DNA of 55,254 bases from Minisyncoccia bacterium (GCA_049969555.1 JBMFOQ010000001.1:1-55254), one strand, 5' to 3'. Shown: positions 37,974 to 45,750, counted from the stretch's first letter. The notes: a model not told the origin generated them from the sequence alone. Made by a program: numbers and translations.

Positions 37974-39035
37974 TTATTTTTTCAAGAGAATTTGTTTTAC
38001 AAAATAAATTTTAAAGAATGAATTATCTAAAGATTCTTCTACTATTTCTTTATCTAAATTCTTTAAAAGATAATCCACCATTTTAAAAGATACTTTGGTA
38101 TTAGATGATAAAATCATCAAATTATAATTAGCCAGAAGCGTTTCTAAGGCGCTCTCTTCAAAAGAATTATCTAATCTATAGGAGGCCATTCCTAAACTAT
38201 CAGTCACTAATAAGCCGTCAAATTGTAAATTTTTTCTTAAATAATTGGTGAACTCTTTTGAACGAGTAATTGGTTTTTCTCCAAATTCTTTTATTATTAA
38301 ATGTCCTATCATCAATCCAAGCGGCATATTTTCTTCTATTACCTTTTTAAAGACATCAATGGATTGCTGATAGGCATTAAATGGCTTTGATTCTAATTTA
38401 TTCCCGTGCGGATTCTCTTTTTAAAAAATATAACCCGGAAAATGCTTTGCCACAGGAAAAACTTGAGCCTGATAAAACCCCTCGATCATTGATTTCCCTA
38501 ATTCGGCAGTTCTTTCTTTATTTGTCTGAAAAGTTCTTGACCAGATATAATCGTCATTTAAGGTAGTAAAATCTAAAACAGGGGCAAAAATCATATTAAT
38601 TCCTAAAGATTTTAAAGCTTTTCCTCTTCTTTGCACCTCCTTAAAAGCCTCTTCTTTATCTTTTAAATCTTTTTGCTTTTTTGAATTGAGCCAACTAATT
38701 CTTTGAATCGGCCCCTCTTCGTCAATTGCAATAAAAGGTTCTAATTTAAGGTTTTGTCGCACCTCTTTATAAATAAGAGCAATTTTTCTTTGGAAAGTTT
38801 GTTGATTTCTATAAAAACCAACTAAATTAAAATTACCAATTTTATAGTCTTTTATTGCCTCAATAATCGTTTCATCCGGTGTTTGAGGAAAAACATTTAA
38901 CATTAAAATCTGTCCTAATTTTTCTGAAGGAGTAAATTTTTCTTGAAGGAATTCGTTTATTTTTAGGTGGTTAGAAAAAATATAATTTTCTAATAAAATG
39001 CTAAAAAACAAAATTAAAGAAATAAAAGAACGCAT
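37974..39035 (-). pseudogene. Glycoside hydrolase family 3 (NagZ-like beta-N-acetylhexosaminidase) interrupted by one in-frame TAA
   Basis: ORFs 38421-39035 (signal-peptide-like N-terminus, IAIDEEGP, FAPVLDF, KHFPG) and 37974-38327 (GLLVTDSLGMAS) are in the same frame. Codon-by-codon reading shows a single TAA at 38421-38423, followed by 31 open codons (KENPHGNKLESKPF...). Confidence 0.7.
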
Positions 39036-39065
39036 TTTCTATATTATAGCAAAAATTTCTATTTT

Positions 39066-39088
39066 AAAACTGCCTTTAAGGCAGTTTT
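39066..39088 (-). terminator. Intrinsic terminator hairpin
   Basis: AAAACTGCCtttaaGGCAGTTTT forms a 9-bp stem downstream of the stop of ORF 39094-39537. Confidence 0.5.
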
Positions 39089-39093
39089 AATTC

Positions 39094-39537
39094 TTATTGT
39101 TGAAGTGGCCGGCAATATAGCTGATATTGTTCTTGCTGAGTCTTTAGTTCACCTTGAGCATTGCCAAAAAGACTATCAAGAGTATCTTTAGATAAATATT
39201 CTATTGGCAAGAGGCAATCAAAACCAATCATAAGTGAACCATCGGTTTTTATTAACTTGACTAAATATCTACAATTATTCCCCTCTTTTCCTTTAACTTG
39301 TAAAATATAACTTCCTCCTTGGGGAAAATCCATTTTAAAACTCAATGGCTTACATTTAAGAAAATTATTAGACACGCAATTCGGATCATTCTGGCAATTT
39401 ATCACCTCGTTAATAATTTGCTTATCCTCTTGAATTTTTTGGGTAACAGATGGACTTGGTTTCTTCATTAACAAAATTCCAGCTATTACTAAAACAATCA
39501 CAATAATGGCAACTATCAAAAACTTTTTTGATTTCAT
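39094..39537 (-). CDS. Membrane-anchored Cys-rich hypothetical protein
   Basis: 147 aa with an N-terminal TM helix (FLIVAIIVIVLVIAGILL) and eight Cys in the predicted extracytoplasmic part. I recognise no family. Confidence 0.55.
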   Translation of the reverse strand: MKSKKFLIVAIIVIVLVIAGILLMKKPSPSVTQKIQEDKQIINEVINCQNDPNCVSNNFLKCKPLSFKMDFPQGGSYILQVKGKEGNNCRYLVKLIKTDGSLMIGFDCLLPIEYLSKDTLDSLFGNAQGELKTQQEQYQLYCRPLQQ

Positions 39538-39589
39538 AAATTAAAAATTATTAGTTTCCTTAAAGAGATATCGACCAAAACCTCTTTGT

Positions 39590-40135
39590 TTATGGCTGAA
39601 ATAATTCTTCAGGTAAAAATTTTACTTGTTTTACTTCTTTGAATTGTTTAGCAGTTTTTAAAATCTCATTTCTCAAAATATTTACTCGGCAGCTTCCGCC
39701 AACAGTTTTATTTAATAAATCTTCAAATTTTAAAATCAAAGTGCCATCTGGTGTTAAATTTACCTCTTTTAAAGAAAACCCCTCTAAAGGAAATTCGGTC
39801 GTTATCCCATTGTTTATATCTTCTTCATTTAAATTTGCTTTTCCCTTTAAAAGTAAATTAAGAGTCTCTTTAAGGGGAGTTTTTGATAAAGGAATTTCTC
39901 TTTCAATTGGCACCAATCCACTTTCCGAGCATTTTATATTTCCCGTTTGATCTTTATCTAATAAAGGATTGTAGTAATATAACAGAACTTTTCTGGTTAA
40001 AATATTTTTTCTGGTTAAAGTGTTTTCTTGATGATTTAACTTTTGAAAAACAAAAACAATTCCGATTAAAACCACTATTAAAATTATTAGCCATTTAATT
40101 TTTCTCATATCTTTTATTTTAGCACAAAACGCCAT
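39590..40135 (-). CDS. GerMN-domain-like secreted/anchored protein
   Basis: 181 aa with an N-terminal TM helix. VLLYYYNP...[25 protein letters not shown] resembles the GerM N-terminal domain pattern. Confidence 0.5.
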   Translation of the reverse strand: MAFCAKIKDMRKIKWLIILIVVLIGIVFVFQKLNHQENTLTRKNILTRKVLLYYYNPLLDKDQTGNIKCSESGLVPIEREIPLSKTPLKETLNLLLKGKANLNEEDINNGITTEFPLEGFSLKEVNLTPDGTLILKFEDLLNKTVGGSCRVNILRNEILKTAKQFKEVKQVKFLPEELFQP

Positions 40136-40422
40136 TTTATTTTACTCCAATAAAATCCGGCATAATCAATTCCAATTCTTTTGGTTTTTAGAATTTGGCT
40201 TGGTTTTATTTTCTCTCTCCGATCCTCAAGCCAAATTCTTTTGCTTTTTGTTAAATCTTCTCCATAAAAAGATTTATCAAGTTTTAGCCAGCGACATAAT
40301 TTCCCTTTTGTGCCGGTTCTTAAAAGAATGGCCAAAAGTTCAGCATCTGAGAGTTTTTCTGCTCCGTATTTTAATAACTTTTCTCTTGGCCTGTCAATTG
40401 TGGAAATATCTTTTATTCTCAT
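40114..40422 (-). pseudogene. radC: radC remnant (only the N-terminal ~41 codons retain RadC similarity; JAB domain absent)
   Basis: [41 protein letters not shown] is the canonical RadC N-terminus (40300-40422). The following 60 codons have no RadC character and run into the next gene. Confidence 0.6.
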
Positions 40423-40454
40423 AAAAGTAAAGGTTAAAAGTTGGCTCTCTACCC

Positions 40455-40551
40455 CCCCTCACTTGGAAAGCACTGGGCTTCGTCCCTCACTTGCACACAA
40501 GTGAGGGACTTTACCCAAAAAGATGAAATCTTGTGCTTTCCAAGTGAGGGG
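40455..40551. repeat. Nested GC-rich inverted repeat built from four copies of CCCTCACTTG
   Basis: Outer 19-bp perfect arms CCCCTCACTTGGAAAGCAC (40455-73) and GTGCTTTCCAAGTGAGGGG (40533-51). An inner 12-bp hairpin GTCCCTCACTTGcacaCAAGTGAGGGAC lies at 40482-40509. Confidence 0.7.
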
Positions 40552-40591
40552 CCTACCGTTTTTTATATTATACTTCTTCTTTTAATTTTTC

Positions 40592-41332
40592 TCAAGTTAG
40601 TTCTTTTACTTTTTCTACCAAATCGCGATGGGTTAAGGGAAGAAATTTTGTGAGATCGTTTTTAATTTCTTCTTGAGGAAAATCACTAATTGCTTGAATT
40701 AATTTTTGAATATCAGCAGTCTTTTTATAGAGGGACATTTTTTTATTCATTAATTTCTAATCAATGAAAATTTTTTTAGAAAGAAGAAAATAAAGGTCAA
40801 AAATATCTCTTCCTTTATTTCTGGTTAAAATTGCTCTCACTTTTTCTGCCATTAATTCCTCAATTTTTAAATGAGAAACTTGAGGAAAAGGACCAAGAGG
40901 AAAAATTATCTCGAGATAAGAAGTTTCGGTTAAAAAAGGTTTTTCCCTTAAAGAAAAATCTAACCTGATAGTAAGAGGAAAATTAAATTCGGGTAATTTT
41001 TGAAAAATTCTACCACTAAAAGCGTCGGCGATTATCTCCCCTTCTTTAAAGGATATCTCCCCGGCTTCTTTAATTAAATCTTGAAGAGTTTTATCAATTA
41101 AAACCTTTAATTTGTTTTTGGCTAGGAGACTCATAAAATCCAAATCTTCTGAAAACCTAAAAGAGCCAAATAAAAATCGTAACGCTGTTCCTCCTTTAAA
41201 ATACACTTTTTCGCTTTCCTTTTGACTATAAAAATATTTCAAAAATAAAAGTTGAAGATACTCACGAGAAACCGTGAATAAATCGGTTTTTAATTCTTTG
41301 GCTAAATCTTGTAATGTTTCTTTGTCAATCAT
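40592..41332 (-). pseudogene. AbiEii/DUF1814 nucleotidyltransferase toxin with in-frame TAG
   Basis: YFKGGTALRFLFGSFRFSEDLDF motif. The ORF stops at TAG 40757-59 inside ...RDIFDLYFLLSKKIFID*KLMNKK.... The same frame then stays open for 54 more codons (to TGA 40592-94), giving a normal family length. Confidence 0.65.
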
Positions 41333-41869
41333 AGTTTTAATTTTTGAATCAGATTTTGAAGGGGTAAAAACTTATTCTTTTCGCTTAATCTTTTAAATTT
41401 ATTGTTATCAATCAAACTTAAATCTAAATCATCTAGGGAAATGTTTCTTAATTTTTTTTGCCATAAAATAAAGTTCATCAAGTAAAGCTTTCTCGGGTGA
41501 GGCAATAAGAAATTTATCTCTTTTTATAAAACCAAAAAAATACTTGCTTTCTAAATGGCAAAATTCATATTCTTTGTCTCGATACACTATCTTTTTGGTT
41601 TTTAAGGGGGTAACAGAAGTAATGGTATAGGGAAACTGAGACAAAACTCCGTAAAAAGAAAGAGCTGATTCCAAGGAAATATAAGAGGGGTTAACCAAAA
41701 AATTAGCTAATTCAAAATCGTTGACTTCGCGAAACAAAAAAAATACTTCCCTTTAACAATTCTTTCTATAATTCCGGCTTTTTCTAATCTTTGTAAAAGC
41801 TCATAAAGAGTTTTTCCTTTTTTATCCCAAAAACTTTTCTTGCATCGCTAATATCAAAAAAACTAACAT
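41329..41869 (-). pseudogene. AbiEi antitoxin (wHTH + C-terminal domain) disrupted by four homopolymer frameshifts
   Basis: Hand translation in three frames gives MLVFF|DISDARKVFGIKK|GKTLYELLQRLEKAGIIERIVKGKYF|FREVNDFELANFLVNPSYISLESALSFYG...LLDELYFMAKK|LRNISLDDLDLSLIDNNKF...KLKL*. The last stop overlaps the AbiEii ATG as ATGA. The shifts fall at runs 41856-62, 41818-23, 41736-43 and 41452-59. Confidence 0.65.
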
Positions 41870-41890
41870 TTTTTTGGTGTAATATTTTTA

Positions 41891-41980
41891 CAAGTCGTTA
41901 ACGACTTGTCGATAATAAAAAAGTTTGCGAAGTCGATAATAAAACGATAATAAAACGAAGTTAAAAGTCAATAATAACAA
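41891..41980. promoter_or_regulatory. Putative AbiE operator: 20-bp perfect palindrome plus GTCGATAATAAAA direct repeats
   Basis: ACAAGTCGTTAACGACTTGT at 41891-41910. GTCGATAATAAAA at 41909-21 and 41933-45, CGATAATAAAA at 41946-56, and the degenerate GTCAATAATAACA at 41968-80. All lie directly upstream of the reconstructed AbiEi start. Confidence 0.45.
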
Positions 41981-41996
41981 TCATTGCTAATAATGG

Positions 41997-44507
41997 TTAC
42001 TTCGAAGAAAAATAAAACTTAAAATAAAATCTTTTTATAAGTTCGTTACTTAGAAAGTAAATCAAGACTAAAACAAAAACAAGCACAAGAAAAGAAAAGT
42101 TTGGGGGGCTAAAAGAGAATAATTTTTTACCAAAGGGAAAATAAGGTAGAATTAAAGAAAAAAGAATAACCGAGATAAGCGAGGTAGTTAAAATTTTTGA
42201 TGGTTTTGCTGCTTTATAAAATAGATTTTTTGTTCTTATAGAATAAATGAAAGCCATTTCAGTTAAAAGACTAAAAATAAACCATAAGGTTCTAATTGTT
42301 TCTGGCGGTTTTTTATAAAAAATAGAAAGAAAAATTAAATCAAAAAGTGAGCTTAAGAGGGCTAAAATTAAAATATAAGGAAAAACTTTAGAAATTGTAT
42401 AAATTTTTGGTTTTTCTAATTCCTCAATATCAACTGTATCACCAGAAACTGAAATTAAAGGAGTATCCGAAAGGATATTTTCTAAAAGAATTTGCTGAGG
42501 AAGCATTGGCAAAAAGGGTAAAATTAAAGACATAATAGCAATAGAATAAAAATTGCCAAAATTAGAGGAAACGGCGCACTTCAGATATTTATTGATGTTG
42601 GAGAAAATTATTCTCCCTTCTTTAATTCCTTCAATGATCACTTTTAAATCGCTTTCTAAAAGAAAAATATCGGCGGTTTGTTTTGAAACATCAACTGCTT
42701 CTTTAACCGCAATCCCAACATTTGCTGTTTTTAAAGCCAAAATATCATTTACCCCTTCTCCTAAAAAACCAACTTCATATTTTTTCTGGAGAGCCTTAAT
42801 AATTTTGAATTTCATTTCCGGAGTAACGCGGGAAAAAACAGAATACCTATCGCATTTTTGAAAAAATTCTTCTTCAGACAAATTTATCAGTTCATTTAAA
42901 GAAACAACTTCTTTCGGATCATTAATTAAACCAATATCAAAAGCAACTTTACCGCTAACTTCTTTGCTGTCGCCAGTAATAATTTTTACTTTAACATTTA
43001 ATTTCTTTGCTAATTCAATTGCGGAATGGGCAGTTTCTTTTAGTGGGTCGATAAAGGAAATGTAACCCAAAAAAGTAAAATCTTTTTCCTTTAATAAATC
43101 AATGTCGGTTTTTTTATTTTTTATTTCTTTATAAGCAACAGAGATAATTCTTTTTCCTTCTTTTTCAATTTCTTTAATTTCTTTTAAAATGTCCTCTTTA
43201 TTTAAATCATTTTTAGAAACTAAACAATCTTCTAAAACAGACTCACTAATTCCTCTGATAATGATTATTTTTTTATCTTCCGGGGTTTTAATTAAAATTT
43301 CGGTTCGCATTTTTTCAAAATTAAAAGGTTCTTCCTTTAAAACTGTATAATCTTTTATTGAATAGTTTTCTTTTAAGGCTTTTAAAATAGCCAAATCTAT
43401 CGGATTGGTTAATTTTTTATTTTTAAAAATTGGTGAAACTAAGAGAGCATAAAAAAGGCATAAATTTTTATCTTTAGAAAAAACTTTGTCGATTTCTAAT
43501 TTATTTTTTGTCAGGGTCCCGGTTTTATCAGTGCATAAAACCTCCATATTGCCCAAATCTTGAATAGCCGAAAGTCTTTTTACGACTACTTTTTTTCTTA
43601 AAAGCTTTAAGGCGCCCTTAGATAAAGAAGCAGTCACCACCACAGGCAAAGCTTCGGGAATAATACCAACAATTAAAGCCAAACAGAAGATTATATAATA
43701 ACTGATATCAGAATGTTTTTTTAATATTAAATTTAAAAGAAAAATAATAAAGAAAGTAATTAAGACAATTCTTAAAATTATTTTAGAAAAATTAGTTAAT
43801 TCTTTTTCATATAGACTTGGTTTAATAATTGAAGCACTGGTTTTTGCTAATTTGCCAAATTCGGTATTTAAACCAGTATTTACAACTATCCCTTTAGCCT
43901 CGCCTAAAACAACACTTGTTTTTGAAAAAATAATATTTTTTGCCTCAAACATTGTTTTTGCTTTTAAAATTGTTTCAGAGGTTTTTAAAATTGGCTGAGA
44001 TTCACCAGTAAAAACTGATTCATCAACTAAAAAATTATTCGTCTCTATTAAACGAATATCTGCTGGCACAATATCGCCGGCTTCTAAAATCACTAAATCG
44101 CCGGGAACTAAAAATTTGCTCTCAATAGTTTCCAGTTTGTTATTTCTGATAACTTTGGTAGTGGTTTTTAAAAAATCTTTCAAGACCTTAATTGATTTTT
44201 CAGCCCGGTACTCTTCAAAAAAACCAAAAAAGACATTAATTGAAACAAAAATAATAATTAAAACTGCCTCGATTCTTTGATTTAAAAAGAAAGCAATTAA
44301 AGAAGCAATAAGCAAAAGATAAACAAAGGCAGATTTAAACTGCCTAATTAAAACATCAATTAGTCTTAATTCTTTGGCTTTGATTTCGTTTAAGCCAAAT
44401 TTTTGCTTTAGAAGATTTATTTCTGAATAATCTAAACCAGTTTCTTTACTGTTCAAAATCTGAAAAATTTCTTTTATGCTTTTTGGGGCGTATTCTAAAG
44501 TATTCAT
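41997..44507 (-). CDS. Cation-translocating P-type ATPase (type II/III, Ca2+/Mg2+-like)
   Basis: 836 aa with TGES (FTGESQP), PEALP in TM4, CTDKTGTLT, ITGDS, and GEGVNDILAL in place of the usual GDGVND. Confidence 0.85.
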   Translation of the reverse strand: MNTLEYAPKSIKEIFQILNSKETGLDYSEINLLKQKFGLNEIKAKELRLIDVLIRQFKSAFVYLLLIASLIAFFLNQRIEAVLIIIFVSINVFFGFFEEYRAEKSIKVLKDFLKTTTKVIRNNKLETIESKFLVPGDLVILEAGDIVPADIRLIETNNFLVDESVFTGESQPILKTSETILKAKTMFEAKNIIFSKTSVVLGEAKGIVVNTGLNTEFGKLAKTSASIIKPSLYEKELTNFSKIILRIVLITFFIIFLLNLILKKHSDISYYIIFCLALIVGIIPEALPVVVTASLSKGALKLLRKKVVVKRLSAIQDLGNMEVLCTDKTGTLTKNKLEIDKVFSKDKNLCLFYALLVSPIFKNKKLTNPIDLAILKALKENYSIKDYTVLKEEPFNFEKMRTEILIKTPEDKKIIIIRGISESVLEDCLVSKNDLNKEDILKEIKEIEKEGKRIISVAYKEIKNKKTDIDLLKEKDFTFLGYISFIDPLKETAHSAIELAKKLNVKVKIITGDSKEVSGKVAFDIGLINDPKEVVSLNELINLSEEEFFQKCDRYSVFSRVTPEMKFKIIKALQKKYEVGFLGEGVNDILALKTANVGIAVKEAVDVSKQTADIFLLESDLKVIIEGIKEGRIIFSNINKYLKCAVSSNFGNFYSIAIMSLILPFLPMLPQQILLENILSDTPLISVSGDTVDIEELEKPKIYTISKVFPYILILALLSSLFDLIFLSIFYKKPPETIRTLWFIFSLLTEMAFIYSIRTKNLFYKAAKPSKILTTSLISVILFSLILPYFPFGKKLFSFSPPNFSFLVLVFVLVLIYFLSNELIKRFYFKFYFSSK

Positions 44508-44508
44508 C

Positions 44509-45513
44509 TTAGAATCTATTGATTATTTCCTCAAAAATCTCATTCTGGCAAACAAAACTCTCCAACAAATTTTTTCCACCGCTTGGATAATAATAAAGTT
44601 GAGTTTTTTCTTTTAATAAAGCTTCTAATTTCTTTTGAATTTCTTCGGGTGTTAAATCTAAACTATACCAACCTTCTTTTGAAAAAAGTTTATTTGGCGG
44701 ATACAAGTATTTATCTAAATGGAGACCTTTTTCAAAAGGATAATTTTTATAATGAACTAAATAAGCAAAAAGAGTCATTCCTCTGGTATTTTCTTCCAAG
44801 GCGCTTAAAGTAAAATAATAGCTTGCTTGATGATCAAGATTTAAATCTCGCGGATGGGGAAAAATAATAATTGTTGGTTTAAAGCTTTCTATAATTTCTT
44901 TTAAGTCGTTATAAAGATTAATTCCTTTATAAAGTTGGCCTTGTTTATAAGTTCCTTTATAGGGGTTATAGTTAAATTGCAGGGCTTTATGAGTATAGGG
45001 AATTAAAAAATTTTCTTTTAAAAGATTTTTTAAACCGCCATCAGGATAACCTAAAAAAATAAGATTATCAGAACTAACTTTTAAAACCGCCATCGATTCT
45101 TTGGCTTCACTCATTCTTTTTTCCCCTAAAGCAATAAAATCATTGGGTGTTTGTTTGAAATTTCTGTTTTTGAAAATAACAGAAAGATAATTATTATCAC
45201 CATTAGTTAAATAAACTATTTTAACTTGGGCTCCTTTTGATAAGGCTTTTTGAATTAAACCAGCGCTCGAAATTACCTCATCATCAATATGAGGCGAAAT
45301 AATTAAAATTCTATCAGATGGAAAAATTTCAGGAAATTTATTAAGTGTTGATTTCGAACCAAAATACCAACCAATTAGACTTCCAAAGCCAAACATACTC
45401 AAAGTCCAAATAACAAAAATTAAAATAAGAATCTTTCTAAATTTGCTTTTAAGAGTGAAAAAAACCGATTTTATTACCTGAAAAAACATAAAAATAATAA
45501 ACAGCAGTCGCAA
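44509..45513 (-). CDS. PIG-L/LmbE family deacetylase, membrane anchored
   Basis: The N-terminus has two hydrophobic segments. ILIISPHIDDEVISSAGLI and HPRDLNLDHQAS motifs are present. It lies 1 nt upstream of the ATPase gene. Confidence 0.75.
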   Translation of the reverse strand: MRLLFIIFMFFQVIKSVFFTLKSKFRKILILIFVIWTLSMFGFGSLIGWYFGSKSTLNKFPEIFPSDRILIISPHIDDEVISSAGLIQKALSKGAQVKIVYLTNGDNNYLSVIFKNRNFKQTPNDFIALGEKRMSEAKESMAVLKVSSDNLIFLGYPDGGLKNLLKENFLIPYTHKALQFNYNPYKGTYKQGQLYKGINLYNDLKEIIESFKPTIIIFPHPRDLNLDHQASYYFTLSALEENTRGMTLFAYLVHYKNYPFEKGLHLDKYLYPPNKLFSKEGWYSLDLTPEEIQKKLEALLKEKTQLYYYPSGGKNLLESFVCQNEIFEEIINRF

Positions 45514-45675
45514 TTACTGGACGAAGTGCGAACCTTTTTCGAGCAACATCCCGCCCTTTGACGCAAAGGGCGGGACCCGCCCAGCGTTTCCGCCCGCCGA
45601 ACTTCGGCGAGCAAAACAGAAAAATTTTCTCAACATTTTTTAATCGCGTCCCCCCAAAATTCGCAATGTCTTGTT
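45514..45675 (-). ncRNA. Unclassified GC-rich structured element (candidate ncRNA or 5' leader)
   Basis: 43 of 60 nt at 45551-45610 are G/C by hand count, in an AT-rich genome. There is an 11-12 bp hairpin CCCGCCCTTTGacgCAAAGGGCGGG (45550-74), a 6-bp hairpin CGCCGAactTCGGCG (45595-609) and a GCG-GAAA-CGC element on the minus strand (45584-93). Strand is assigned only by context. Confidence 0.35.
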
Positions 45676-45750
45676 TGGTCGGGCCGGTGGGACTTGAACC
45701 CACGACCTCACCCACCCCAAAGGTGCGCGCTACCACTGCGCCACGGCCCG
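45676..45750 (-). tRNA. tRNA-Pro (anticodon GGG), CCA encoded
   Basis: Hand-folded cloverleaf: CGGGCCG-TG-GCGC-AGTGGTA-GCGC-G-CACCT-TTGGGGT-GGGTG-AGGTC-GTGGG-TTCAAGT-CCCAC-CGGCCCG-A-CCA. U33 and G37 flank GGG. Confidence 0.9.

Noticed and set aside
40310-40653. ORFs 40310-40504 (+) and 40441-40653 (+).
   Set aside because: They span the nested inverted repeat and the antisense of the radC and AbiEii remnants, and show no protein-like features.
45514-45675. Assignment of the GC-rich block to SRP (4.5S) RNA, 6S RNA, tmRNA, or the M-box, yybP-ykoY or ZTP riboswitches.
   Set aside because: I could not find the diagnostic sequences: GGAAGCAGC-type SRP helix 8, the tRNA-like tmRNA ends with a resume codon, GGGGAGUAG for yybP-ykoY, or the M-box and ZTP conserved cores. 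The fold is not a single long 6S-like hairpin. It is left unclassified rather than named.
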